A DNA stretch of 64,000 nt, filler included, from Asterionella formosa (Eukaryota): NCBI GenBank assembly GCA_002256025.1. It is 12 parts of 12 records of this genome, joined end to end, with 100 filler letters (N's around TTAATTAATTAA, not from the genome) between each part and the next. Parts side by side here need not be neighbours in the genome. Positions count along the whole stretch, not along the records: positions 10,716 to 15,965 come from NKIB01013148.1; positions 16,066 to 21,314 come from NKIB01013150.1; positions 21,415 to 26,660 come from NKIB01013151.1; 9 more parts are not named here. One strand, 5' to 3'. The notes below the pieces were generated by a model. It ran no database searches. It saw only the letters and a list, made by a program, of their open reading frames with translations, and was not told the origin of the DNA. Positions within the stretch are counted from its first letter, which is position 1, and each line of letters begins with the position of its first letter. Positions 13,520-26,760 of the stretch are shown here, piece after piece. The position numbers and the translations under genes were made by a program.

Positions 13520-15262
13520 CCACTACCCCTGATCCCCCACTGCGTAGCCCCGTTCCATCACTGAGGGTGCCCAGTACGCCAACAACATCCACCATCCACC
13601 TTATCCCTGATCCTGATGCCCGTACACCTCTCCCGGTCCCTCCAGTCATCGCTGGCAATGTCGAACCATTGAGGGTGTTTAACCCTAACCCTACCCCTAC
13701 CCCTACCAGCCAGAGTGTTGATAACCCTACCCCTAACCCTCACCCTGCTGACAACCCTAACCCTAAGTCCCCTACTGCCAGTGGCCCCACGCTCATTCCA
13801 ACACCCCCTCGCTCCTATCGAGATGCTGTTGTGCTGCCCAGTCCTCCTCCACCTTCCATTCCGGTCACATACGATACTACCACTGCGCCCAAGAGCCGCT
13901 GTTGCCGTAAAAACACACCACATGCTGGTCTTCCCCACACCCATTCTTTGCTTGCCAACCTTGCTCTGCCTCTCTGCCCCTCCTATCACCAGTGCTACTC
14001 CCCTGGTCACTGATTTTTGTTTCCATGGCACTGCTATCAACCCTGACAATGGCAAAATTGCTAACTATAAGGAATTATTGACTTGCAGCACTGCTCCCCT
14101 GTGGGCCACTGCCAACAGCTTGGAAATTGGCTGGTTATTTCAGGGCTTGGGACCCCATTCCGCCATGCCAACGGGGACTAATTGCTGTTTTTTCGTTCAT
14201 AAACACAACATGCCCGCACACAAACGCGCCACTTATATCCGCATTGTGTGTGCCAATCGCCCTGAAAAAACCATTCCCCAACGCGTTCGTTGGACTGCTG
14301 GGGGCGATCGTGTGATTTACACTGGCAATGTTAGCACCAAGACTGCTGATCTCACTACTGCAAAATGTTTGTTTAACAGCACCATCAGTATCCCCAATGG
14401 CCGCTTCATGACTCTGGATTTATCTGATTTTTGTCGACTTCTTGCCCCTGCCGATCATGAATACGTGCTCATCCCTATATGGATGATTCCCTCACGCATC
14501 AAAACCCTCTACAGCCTATCTACCAAAATCATTGATTGGCACGTCTACGCCGAAATTCGCCTCGGCATGTATGCGCTGCCTCAGGCTGGTAAACTTGCCA
14601 ATTTTCAACTTGCCCAGTTTTTGCTCCTGCATAATTACCTCCCCTGCCCAGTCACCCCTGGCTTATGGATGGATACCACCAGTGATCTCATGTTTTTGCT
14701 TGTTGTTGATGACTTTGGCGTACGTTACACCAAACGTAGTGACGTGGAACGTCTTGTCACCACTTTATGCACCAAATACCATCTCGCAACTGATTGGACT
14801 GGCTCCCGTTACATTGGCCTTATGCTGATGTGGGACTATGAACACTGCACTATTGACCTCACTATTATGCCTGGCTAGCTACATTGTTCGTGCCCTACTA
14901 CAACGATTCACCCACTCCACTCCAACACACCCGCAACATGCCCCCCATGCCTGGACTGCACCTAGTTATGGCGCTCGACAGCAATTTGTTGTTCCTGATG
15001 TCACTCCCGTCCTTGACCTTCATGATTAAAAACATGTGCAGGAGGTTCTTGGTAGTACCACCTTACTGTATTATGCCCATGCTATTGACTTTACTATGTT
15101 ACCTGCCCTTGGTACAGTGGCTACACAACAAGCAACCCCCACTGTGGCCACCTTAACTGCTACAGTATTTCTCACCTTCTCAACTATTGTGCCACCCATC
15201 CTGAAGCCACACTCCAATATACAGCCAGTGACATGGTCCTACATGTTGAAAGCGATGCCTCC
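13520..15262 (+). mobile_element. Decayed CoDi-type Ty1/Copia retrotransposon: Pro-rich linker and reverse transcriptase, cut at the RNase H start
   Basis: ATYIRIVCANRPEK, RVRWTAGGDR, TADLTTAK, FMTLDLSDF, GMYALPQAG, LVVDDFGV, ending at ESDAS; internal stops. Confidence 0.9.
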
Positions 15263-16299
15263 TAGACAATTTCAACAATGCACTTAATCTGAATGGAGGA
15301 TAATGGACTACTACCGCAAAAGTCAAAATCTCCTGGGACTCTATTGCATTCATGCATTGGTGTCAATGGCTGATTCACATGGATGGAGGAGAACACACAC
15401 ACAAGGTTAAGTTCAAGACATGTAGATAATGACTACTGGCTGATTAAATTGAATTCGCTCATGTGGTATATTCTTACAAGCAAAATCATAGAATGAACAT
15501 TGAATTTGAGTTATCCTCATCCCCAAGTCTTCATCCTCGGAAGCTCTTAATGTTAAAGAAACTGTCAACAATGTCGTCATTGTGCTTGCTTGAATGGTAT
15601 CCAACATTGCATTGCCCTCATTATGGGTCAACATTGTCATCATTGATCATGATGGTCATCGACATAGTCTGCATTTTGTGATGATGTGTAGCTTTCTTAT
15701 CTCGACAATGAAAAGTTGTTTCAAAATTTTCCTTTCCTATTACGGGTACCAACAGAAAATGCTGTTTTGGATTCTTCAATGATGCGTTTTATGCCAACAG
15801 CTTGCTTACTATCCTTCGTTTTAGTAAGAGGGAGATTTACTTTGCTTGATCCAGAAACAGGAATCTCGCTCTCCTTGGATAGAGTTTTACGGAGGCTAGG
15901 AAGGCCAGGAGATGGTTGCTTGATAACAAGATTATCAGTTGCCTTCATTATTGAGTAATGTTATTNNNNNNNNNNNNNNNNNNNNNNNNNNNNNNNNNNN
16001 NNNNNNNNNTTAATTAATTAANNNNNNNNNNNNNNNNNNNNNNNNNNNNNNNNNNNNNNNNNNNNGTGGCAACAAGAATTCCAAACCTCCTTTCTCCACC
16101 AATTTAAGGCCGATTTCTATCCAGCATAGTATTCGATGTCCACGAGAGCAATACCGTCATGGCGAATGGCGATATTCTCAGAATGAACATATTTTGATTC
16201 AATTTGTCATCAGGATATGAAATAAATATTCGTTGCTTGTGGACTGATCATTAGTACTTTGGCAACAAAACTTCCATACCTGCTTTCTCCACCAATTTA

Positions 16300-17010
16300 C
16301 AGCTGCTCATCCTTCTCTTCTTTTTCTATATTGTACTTGCTAGAGTTATCGCTGTAGACTATTTGTAGCAGCTCCGAAAATGAGAAGGCCATCGTGGCAC
16401 ATCTCAATTTTGACTCACTACGGCGACCTGCAAGGTTAAAATATGCAACAGCTGTTTCTTAACGATTTTACGAATTCAATTGTTGTCAGCTACTCATCCT
16501 CTGGTTCTTTTTCTATATTGTACTTGCTAGAGTTATCGCTGTAGACTATTTGTAGCAGCTCCGAAAAGGAGAAGGCCATTGTGGCACATCTCAATTTTGA
16601 CTCACTACGGCGACATGCAAGGTTAAAATATGCAACAGCTGTTTCTTAACGATTTTACGAATTCAATTGTTGTCAGCTACTCATCCTCTGGTTCTTTTTC
16701 TATATTGCACTTGCTAGAGTTATCGCTGTAGACTATTTGTAGCAGATCCGAAAAGGAGACGACCATTGAGGCACATCTCAATTTAGAATCACTAAGGAAA
16801 CATGCATTGAATATTTAAAATATGCAACAGCTGTTTCTTAACGAATTTACGGATTCAATTGTTGTCAGCTACTCATCCTCTGGTTCTTTTTCTATATTGT
16901 ACTTGCTAGAGTTATTGCTGTAGTCTATTTGTAGCTGCTCCGAAACGGATAAGGCCATTGTGGCACATCTCAATTTCGATTCACTACGGAGACATGCAAT
17001 GCTTAAAAAC
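16300..17010 (+). repeat. 187-192-bp tandem repeat, about 3.8 copies
   Basis: TAGAGTTAT(C/T)GCTGTAG at 16341, 16528, 16715 and 16907. Confidence 0.95.
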
Positions 17011-17397
17011 GATGCTCAACAAGTACCAACGGTGCTTTATTTCTAATCTGGCAGGCTATTGTAATCTCTACAATCAATAATGACTAAACAATGTGTCTAC
17101 AACATCAACTACTACTACTATTACGTGTGCTGAATTCTACAGTGTGAATCTTCCTCTTGCATGTGTTATTCTTTGCCAGTTCAGATCAAAGTAATATGTC
17201 AGAGCAGAAAAAAAAAAGTGAATCGGAATTGGCGACTCTTTCGTTCATATATGGTGAAAGCAGCATAATATTGCGGCGGAGCAGCATAATTTCGCTTTTA
17301 TACTGTCGCGATGGCTAGTTGGTCAACATATATTGTCACGAACACACATAATTATTCGATAAGTGAAATAAATTTTTGTTTAACCCGAATAAATAAG

Positions 17398-17538
17398 GGA
17401 AAAAGTAGCATAATATTTCTAAAAAGTGACATAATATTTTAGAAAAGTAACATAATATTTAAAAAAGGTAGCATAATATTTTAAAAAAGTAGCATAAATA
17501 CGTCACTTTAGACATAAATTCGAAAAAGTGACGTAAAC
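17398..17538 (+). repeat. Minisatellite of about 20-22 bp (AAAAAGTAGCATAATATTTT-like), 6-7 copies
   Basis: AAAAAGT(A/G)(G/A)CATAA units repeat back to back. Confidence 0.85.
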
Positions 17539-17556
17539 AGCGTCTTAGATGTACTT

Positions 17557-18056
17557 CCATGGCACACTTCCCACAGAAATTGGATTCTTGACAAGTCTCA
17601 CTTATCTAGATTTGTCAATCAATACTTTCACTAGCAAACTTCCCACAGAGACTGGACTCTTGACAAGTCTCACTTATCTATACTTATACTCCAATACTTT
17701 CAATACCAAACTTCCCACAGAGATTGACTCTTGACAAGTCTCAATTATCTAGATTTGTCTGACAATTCTTTCAATGGCACACTTCCCACAGAGATTGGAC
17801 TCTTGACAAGTCTCAATGTTCTAGATTTTTCTTACAGTACTTTCAATGGCACACTTTCCACAGAGATTGGCTTTTTGACAAGTCTCAATTATCTAGATTT
17901 GTCTGACAATTCTTTCAATGGCACACTTCTCTCCAGAGATTGGACTCTTGACAAGTCTCAATAATCTATATTTGTTCTCCAATACTTTCAATGGCACACT
18001 TCCCACAGAGATTGGACTCTTGACAAGTCTCATTCATCTAGATCTGTCTGACAATA
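17557..18056 (+). pseudogene. Leucine-rich repeat array fragment (24-aa/72-nt units, about 7 copies), frameshifted
   Basis: GTLPTEIGLLTSLxxLxLxxNxF repeats split over three ORFs by indels near 17727 and 17930. Confidence 0.9.
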
Positions 18057-18605
18057 ATACAATCCCGTATTGCCTGGTTCCAACCTTTGTCTTGTTGATT
18101 TATAAAGGCTCTAAAGGTTGTATACCCTATGGTGTTGCTTGGAGGTGGAATATCATCCTACCACAGAACTATCCCTTCCGTGACCCACTTCTCAATTACA
18201 GATCTAAATTTATTCACGACATAGGACATGTAAATCTTCCGGCATTTACCACAGACCATATCTCTTCCCATGCTTTGCTCCTTGATGAGTGATTATGTGG
18301 GCACCTGACAACGAGCACACCTTGTTGGACACCGGCCATCATGGTGTTTCTCATACTTCCCCCTGTTGTTTCATTGTTGCAAACAAATCGAATTCCAGTT
18401 TGAAAAGCGTCATCCGTTGCGAAATGCCTGCTCAATGTCTTGCCAGCCAATCCACCATTTCGAAGATTCTCTTGGTATCCCATCCATTCCGAGCGCATAT
18501 ATGTTGTTCTAAAGAACCCTGATAACTAGCTTCTCGTATTGCCATTGAAATGTGACCCGTGATCCACTGACCTTGAACAAACAAAGTTGCTCTGTGTCTT
18601 GGAGG
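18057..18605 (-). mobile_element. LINE (Ambal-like) fragment from the post-RNase H, Cys-rich region
   Basis: ITGHISMAIREA...HICARNGW...FEMVDW, followed by a degenerate CPH motif. Confidence 0.55.
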
Positions 18606-19230
18606 TAGAATATCGATCACGTAAAGATGCCACTGAATAAATGGATGATAACAAATTTTTTTGAAAGAAAAAATCTTCAAGTCTTGGTATATCTTGAGCA
18701 GCAGTGTATGGCGTGAATTCTTCACTTGTCAATTTTTCATCAAAATTGCTTTTCGTAATTTGTGCCTTTCTCATTTTTACAGTCTTCAGCAATCTTTTGA
18801 CATGGCCAGACATTAGTACTTCCTTGAGTATGTTGTTGCATCCTCCATCCCGTTGTTGTGCATGCAAATCTAGGATGGCTGATCGATATTGATTGAGTAC
18901 ACTATATCCAATTGGCTTGTCTGAAATCCAATCAGTGTTGGAAATTACAGATTCATAATCATCCTTTGAAAATTGTTCTTCCACAGGTTTACATTGACCT
19001 GGTCATCCTCTGGGTTGCTGATGACTTCTTGATTGATACCATAAAAAGCCAAAGAACTTTTCTTCTGTCACTGTTGTAGATGGGATGCCATCCATCTCGG
19101 ACGAAAAGGCATAACGAGAAAAATCAAGGAATTCTGCCATTTTTCTTCTATGGGCAAGAATGGTGTTTTCCGGACGACCAGCCTTATCGTCTGCTGCAAC
19201 CTGTTTTCTTGAGCTGCGAATTTTCCACTT
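18606..19230 (-). mobile_element. Crypton/Ndc10-like tyrosine recombinase, N-terminal fragment
   Basis: RPENT..A...K..EF, VTEEK...FL.YQ, IGYSVLNQYRSAILDL, ending at SLRDR just before the expected catalytic Arg region; frameshifted. Confidence 0.6.
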
Positions 19231-19650
19231 GTGTATGACATGCTTAAATTGGAATAAATGATGTTGGTAATTTGAGAGGAGGTTGTTTAGATTATGTGGT
19301 AACGAATTCAATTCAATTGAAGAAGGGATGAGACAGGCAAAGAAGAACGAGAGTTTGGTTTTGGTTGTAACAAGATGATGATAACAGCGAAATTACATTC
19401 ATGATCACTGCCTGTGTAAACGGTGCTACTTGATTGCTAGTGCACTAGCTGTCACTACGGGTATAATTTTCTATCCAACAACAAAAATGCCGGTATTACC
19501 TGGTACCCTTGTACCAGGTATACTCCACATAACATACCGATAATAATGCGTCGTAACTGTACATGATATAAAAGAGAGGTGAGGGTTGGATATTTTAACA
19601 CGTCCAGACTTGCCACACAAAATGAAGTCTGACGCGTGGTTTGAATATAA

Positions 19651-21314
19651 TACTACCACTTAAAAACTGTAAGCCACCGCTACGGCCACTTTTGAACTGT
19701 AAGCCACCGCTAAACGGAGTAAACGCACGGTTTGTACTTATTTTACAAGATACGCTATTTATTGTGACGAACGAGTTGTTCAGATTTATTTAGCGAGTAA
19801 ATACTTTCGTACTTGTATTGTTGCATTGTGTACATTGTTAATTAGGTATTATCGCCCAAAGGTTGCTGTCGACGTGAAATTGCGAAAATTGGATATTTTC
19901 ACGTTTACTCGATTGAGCAAGGATCACCTTTTATATACGTATTCAGCTATACTAATATTCCTCCGCTAGATAACTAATTTAGTATCCTCTAAATATGAAT
20001 ACTACTTCTGGTTCGTCCCTCTTTCAGCCATCAACTGCAACCATGGTGTCTACATTGACACCTGACTGGCCCTACTTAAACTCAACTCTTGAATGCTGAT
20101 GGCAGCTTTGCCTTGTTATTTCCCAGCAATCTCATTCATAATTCATATGAAATTGTCGAGGAGCAGGAAAAAGATGACAACAATGAAGGTGTGAGTGAGC
20201 ATTATGATAGTCAGTTTACAATGGGCACTTTGGCATATGAAACTGGAAACAATGGTGTGCTTACCTGGGGAAGTTTGGAGGCAAATACAAACACAACGAA
20301 AACAAACAAGGAGGACATGAGTAGTACAACTGTAAAACTGTTGGTGGACGGCCCAAAGGTGCCACCATTGCTGCCACCATTACCCAGATGCAAAATGCAT
20401 TGATTGAAGCAACAGATGAGTACTACATGAATAAAATGCTAGAGAGCAAAAACAACAACAAACGTACCTCCAAAGGAACAATTTCTTTGATCATTGATGC
20501 TGCCAAGGAAAGGAATGGAATACCTGCAAATTCTGCCACACCAAACAAGAAAGCAATTTATGAACAAGGATGGTATCCCCTGAACTATAATGTCTTGCTT
20601 CACCCTGAGATTCAACTAACCCAACTACGACACAACAGAACATCAATGCGCCCACAGAGACTGCCACTTTCCCTCCTGATGAGTTAAACCTCCAAACTGG
20701 CTTTGCTGGAACAATTGTTGGAAGAATTAACGAGTTTTGCAAATGCGAGGATGTGCGAAATGGAATCGACCGGGAGGCCCAAGCTAGAGAGAGAAGGGAG
20801 ACAGCGGATTCACACATTGAGGGACACAAGAAGAGGATAACAGCAGCAGGACTACTGGCCTCTGCACAAACCTTTGCCCTTGGGCCAAATATTCTTGCTG
20901 CTACACTGGAACAGAAGCGAATTTCAGACATTGTCATTAGTACAAAAGAAACAAAAAGGCAACAAGAATTCAATACACTTCGCGGAAAAGTACTTCCATT
21001 GAAGGAACAGAACAAAACAAAAGAACAGATGTCTGTGCCAGATGTGAAATTAATGGTGCGTTAGTACAAACAATCAGGTGATACTCCGGTTCCACAAACA
21101 ATGCAAGCTCTGATTACAAGATTCGATGACACCAATCACCGTGGTGACCAGCAGCCGCCATTCCCTCTCCATGCACCTCCTATTGCTGTGGTTGTTGTTA
21201 CTGCACCTCCTCCTGTTGCTATTCCCTCTCCTTCTACAACTGCTACTGCCGATCCACCATTCCGTGATGAAGTTTGAGACTCCGCAAGCAAGTAATTGGA
21301 TGCAAAGAAGCTCG
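19651..21314 (+). mobile_element. Internally deleted DDE (pogo/Tc5-like) transposon remnant
   Basis: Duplicated subterminal-like motif CCACTT...AACTGTAAGCCACCGCTA (19656-19712); fragments KKAIYEQGWYPLNYNVLLHPEI and KRITAAGLL...ALG resemble C-termini of protist DDE transposases. Confidence 0.45.
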
Positions 21315-21434
21315 NNNNNNNNNNNNNNNNNNNNNNNNNNNNNNNNNNNNNNNNNNNNTTAATTAATTAANNNNNNNNNNNNNNNNNNNNNNNNNNNNNN
21401 NNNNNNNNNNNNNNCCACCATCAGTTAGAAAACA

Positions 21435-23643
21435 ATGAAGGTTTGGTTCCAGTTGTTTCTTGGAAACGCAGGACTATTGCCAGTTTATGTCACGTTGAAG
21501 AAGAATGATGTCATTGCTGACTTGATGGAAGCTGTGAAGATCAAATGTGGTGACAATCTTCAAGGTGTTTCCTCAGCGCAGCTCCGTGTGTACCCAACTG
21601 GAACTCAAGTGCCGGTCCCTGAGGGAGCTGATGATCCAACCTTGGATCCTGGAGGTCCGGTTGTTCATCTGAATTGGGGGACTAGCGACGACACTGCGTT
21701 TGTGATCGTGGTCATCCAACCTGATATTGGTACGTGTTTTGATCTCATGGAATACCTTCTATTGTATTGTAGGTCACAGCTCCTAAAACTCACGTATCAT
21801 TTCGTATCATCTATCCCATACAAATACTCGCTACTGTTGAAAAGACCAAGGAGCGACGAAACGCCAGAAACAAAATGATGAGCAGAAGGAAGCCTCGACC
21901 TTAATATTGCTTATAAAGGAGAAGCTCAACGTTCATTTCAAGCGCTTGAAGGTTGATCAGGAAAAGCGAATCGTTCCACAGACAATGCATATCTACAAGA
22001 TTGATCGAAACGAGCTTCCTTTTGAACCTACTTTATCTGATTCTGACGATTCTTTACCTCCTTCTGATCCCATTGTGCCCGTCTTTTCCCCCGAAGATAG
22101 TTACTGGATGACAGGGCTCCAAAAAGTGCGGTTTAATGATTGCAAGAGACGGGGAATCTTATATCGGCCTGAAATTGTGAAGGATATGATGAAAGCGGTT
22201 GAAGATGCCTTCAATATAGGTGGTCCGGCTGGAATCATGATTAAGGGACCGCAGGGAATTGGCAAGTCGCACTCACTTGTTAACTTGATTCGTAAGCTAC
22301 AATATGACAGTAGCTGCAAGTACCTCGTAACTGTCATTCCAGACTGTCAAAAATGGAACGACATTAACCATTTGTACACTGCGATCTGCAGTTCATTTGG
22401 TACTTCATTATCGGCTCTCTCATGGTCGAGCAGCCCAGGTTCGGTTTCGCAAGAGGAACACCTCAAAACCTTTGTCAATGCGATTGACTTGATTCTTCGA
22501 CGCATGAAGAAGAAATGGGTTCTGGTATTCGATCAGATCGACAGATTGTTTACTCGATTCGCGTCAGTGGATGTCAAAGATCTGCGGTCGCTTCCCTTTC
22601 CCTTTAAGATCATCAATGATATCATGCAGGGAGACCACATTGTCTCCATTGTTTCCGCTTCAGCAAACAACGAGATTGCTTACAAGGAAAGACATCAAGG
22701 TTTTGAGGAATACAATCACCCTTGCAAGATGGATTTGGGAGAAATATGTGCAGCCTTTGAAGTAGTGGCTACACAAAATGACCACGAAAGGATCTTGGAG
22801 GTGACTGGTGGGGTACCCTGGCAGGTGAAGAAATTGATTTCCTTTAACTTTTCTGTCGATGATTATGAAGAGGCTGAATTGTGCATAATCCTAGCGTCCC
22901 TTGACAATTTGAAAGAAACGAAATCGAAAACGAAATTCGATCGTTTCACCACATCTGCTGTTGCTTGTGTTTTGTCAACTACAGGTGATCCAATAGAATA
23001 TGACAGGAAATATTCAATTTCTGGTAAGGGGAAGAAGGCTTATGACTATCAGCCTTTGTTTCCTGTGGTGATAGTAGCCTATCGACGATACTTTTGGAAT
23101 GAGATACTGGAATTTGTCCACACACACGAGGAACAACTTTTGAAAGTCTGCGCCAACCATGGTTTGACAAATAGTGCTTGTGGTCAGATTTTTGAACTCC
23201 TTGTGATCAGTCGCTGCTCACTCAATGCAGATGTTTCTTGGGAGGGATTTCTTTTGAAGGAATGCAATCTCATTGAAACTTTTCGCTTCAACAAATTGCC
23301 TGAAGTCATGGTAAAAGATGGAATGTATGTACCCCAAAACTGCAACTTTCCTGCGATTGATCTGATCTGGAAGCATGGCAAAAGTGTATGTGGTGTTCAG
23401 GTACATACTTCTGATCACAATGATGTCTTGGAAAATTTTAGAGCAATGTGTGTTGAAGCTAATTGGGGTATTGAATTTGAAATGATTTATTTGCTTTTTT
23501 TAAGTCCTGATCAAAGAATTGCTGATTCTGCTCAACGCTTTATCCCTGAAATCCAGGTTTCAATCACAGTTGTTGCACTATGCATAAGCAGCATACCGTG
23601 TCTCAGCACTCTACAATGGCCAAAACAAACTACTGGTAATTAA
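21435..23643 (+). CDS. Crinkler/RHS-type protein: N-terminal ubiquitin-like header, P-loop NTPase, PD-(D/E)xK restriction-endonuclease domain; 2 exons (21435-21729, 21845-23643), about 697 aa
   Basis: VIADLMEAVK...SAQLRVYP header; a phase-1 GTACGT...AAG intron joins the two ORFs in frame; Walker A GPQGIGKS; Walker B WVLVFDQ; C-terminal YVPQNCNFPAIDLI...VQV. Confidence 0.8.
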
Positions 23644-23699
23644 AAAAGTTTTGTTTTATCAATATTTTGGGTTAGGAATGTGAATATGTCTTCCAGTCA

Positions 23700-24130
23700 T
23701 CATCCTTTTATAGTATTGTGCACCACTCAACACTTCTTGGCTGGGTATGGTAGGAAGCACTCAACACCTCTTTGCTGGGCATGGTAAGACTAAACCTATA
23801 GTCATTATACCACTTGACAATGTAGTGATCTACTGAAAAACTGATTCTGAAGGTGAGAGGCAGCTGACTCAAGTAAGAAAATGTAGATCCAATAACATTG
23901 GCCATTGTGGTTGGCATGCATCATTACTGATGCTCTTGACATAGACAATGAATTCCATAGCTGTGTTATGATCTGAATGGAGAATCCCTGATATTTGTCC
24001 CTCTCCTGATCCCATGAAATATCTTCTATGCTAGAGAAACAAAGCTCGCCTTAGTTGAAATAGACAAGACAAATGAATCTTGTTTGTGTCTCCAAATTAG
24101 CCCAGTCATGAGCTTTTTGGGTCTAGTCAT
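23700..24130 (-). mobile_element. Possible highly decayed retroelement pol fragment
   Basis: Only weak Copia-like residues in broken frames. Confidence 0.25.
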
Positions 24131-24728
24131 GAACATATGAACATGAATCAATCTTTACTACTTATATATGTATCAATCTTTGAGTCTTGTCATTAACATG
24201 AGTCAATTCACTCATATATGACTTAGTTTTGTTTTTTTGGTTTCCTAAAAATTAATTCTATAAGCTCATTTTATTTGGAATTACCAATAGAGTCAGATCT
24301 ATCCAATAACATTTTCCTAAAATCACCATGATCCTGCAATCCACTGCCTAGCACCTTCATTGCTGAGTATGTATATCTCCTTTCAGGTTAATCTACAACT
24401 TCTCTTTCAAGTGTTTACAAGTCCAAAACATTTATACCTGTGGTTTCTTCAGTTGGTTTATCCTGCTCCTTTGTTCCCAGAGCCATTTTCTAAAATCAGT
24501 TCTTTTTCTTGTTCTAGTGACAGTGTCACAAACTACATTGCATTTTCTTTCATTGTTTCCTGGTATTGCCCCTCAATAAAATTGCCTGGTCCTTATTTTT
24601 CTTGTCTTTCATTTCTTAATTACCCAGTATTGCCCACAGAGGCAGTTGCCCAATCAATTTTTACTTTTCTTCACTCTCTTCTTTTATCACTGCTTTCTTA
24701 TCTTTCCCATACACTCCCACTTCCTTAC

Positions 24729-26203
24729 AATGTCAGTATCCACTACCAATACTGCTATTCTACCTACCAAGTTTGGCCAAGTGACCACTGGTACTGTTGT
24801 CAAATGGTACTCTGGTGGGAAACTGAATGATGACTTGACTATCACCAAGAAACCCATGTGGTCTCCTTACCAGATCCGTTCAGATGATTCCAGGGACATC
24901 AAGACTGCATTTGAATTTTTTACTCAAAAACAAGAAAAGGTATACAATGGCCCAAATGGTGACCCTAAAAACAATCTCACTCTTGCCCAGCTCTGCACTC
25001 TTATTTACAATGATGCAGAGACTGGCGGTGTGGACATTTTTCTCTATGCCCCTAACAATTCTGGGAAAGTTTGGTGTATGACCAGACACCATACTCGACT
25101 TACTTTTGAAGAGACAAAGATATATGTTGATCATTGTATTTGTCTTATGACATTCACACCAGACATTGACACTAAAACTGGAAATCCCACAGCTGATTTG
25201 TCTCTCACCAAGTCACCTCAGATTTATGATGATCAGGCATTGGATGATTCTTCCCACCTCTGGTGTCTGAATGTATCCTACATCTCCCCAAACCTCCTAA
25301 CAGGTTGCTCTCCTTGAACGTCTTGAAGAGTATGGGAATCGTGGTCCAGCCCTTCTCCTCTGTATGGCTTTAATGGATGAAGTCACCTCTGGTTCACCTT
25401 AGGCAATTAATAGCATCTTGGAAATTTTTAAGAAAGTCCAACTTTCTGATTACCCCAGCAAAAATGTCCGCCTCACAGTCCATGATATTCAAACTTCATT
25501 TAAACTACTAAAGAGTGGACAGTGTCTTCCTATCACTGCCTCCAGCATTGTTGCTACCAAGCTCCTACTCTGTCAAGTTGAGGAATTTTGTGCTGTGTTC
25601 TATACAATTTCTGTCAAGATTGATACTGAAGAATGGGTTCTCATGGATAAAGATAATGCTGCCCTTGTCAAATTCCACTACTAAAGATTGGACAGTGTCT
25701 TCCTATCACTGCCTCCAGCATTGTTGCTACCAAGATCCTACTCTGTCAAGTTGAGGAATTTTGTGCTGTGTTCTATACAATTTCTGTCAAGATTGATACT
25801 GAAGAACGGGGTCTCATGAGTAAAGATAATGCTGCCCTTGTCAAATCCAGGCTACACCAAGTGGTGTGAAGACACTTCTTGATATGGCACTCACGCAGTA
25901 CAAAAGTCTCATGGACAAAGGATGATGGCCACCTTCCCAAACCATTCCCAAGAAGCAGTCAGATTCCCTACCAGATGCATTCCAAAGATGAATTTTTCAG
26001 TTTAGTTTTGGCATCCATTCCAATAGTGTTGTTAATTCAATGTCTCCATCTGACTTGGACTTACACTTTCACCTCTCCTCTCTTGTCTCATCTGATTTGG
26101 GTCTTCCTCAGACTCCTACTGCACAGTGTTTGTGCTCCCACTCTGAATCAATGGCACATTATGACTGCCCAACTGTCTTTCTCATCAATGAAGGACCTCC
26201 CTT
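24729..26203 (+). mobile_element. Decayed retrotransposon gag-like region (probably Copia) with an internal 172-bp tandem duplication
   Basis: Broken ORFs (WYSGGKL...PYQIR; LSDYPSKNV); 25504-25675 is repeated at 25676-25848. Confidence 0.5.
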
Positions 26204-26660
26204 CGTCTCCAAATAAAAACCATCATATTTCCATGATGCATCATAGGATTATGATCATCTGATCATAATTTTTCGTTATATCATCTAATAATTGTGATAA
26301 ATGCCCTCGTAATTTAAATAGTAACCCTTTTGACTGCATATATTTAATTATTATATGTATTGTTTCTATTTGATTCCTGTATTCGAATTTCTTGGTAGGA
26401 TAATGTACCAGTTCAAGTAATGTAATTTGGCTCGTCATTTCCATCCGCCCCTCATCACTCCGATTTTTGCAACAACAACGAAATACTAGCAATGACAAGC
26501 GGAATGAATGTTTGCGATAACGTCTTCAATTTTTTGGTCAAGTGATCTTTATATCTTCGAGTAATCGTCATGTGCAGTGAACCTTTGTTCATAATCATTC
26601 AATTAAGAGTTTACAGGAGAGAAGAAACCATTCGAACTCGTAATGTTTCCGCACACAGCG
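26204..26660 (-). mobile_element. Conserved terminus of the unclassified repeat element, copy 3
   Basis: Reverse complement matches 13100-13519 and 6431-6633. Confidence 0.8.
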
Positions 26661-26760
26661 NNNNNNNNNNNNNNNNNNNNNNNNNNNNNNNNNNNNNNNN
26701 NNNNTTAATTAATTAANNNNNNNNNNNNNNNNNNNNNNNNNNNNNNNNNNNNNNNNNNNN

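Noticed and set aside
13680..13766. CCCTAA telomere-like repeats
   Set aside because: Only a few imperfect units, internal to the Copia element and encoding its PNPNPTP linker.
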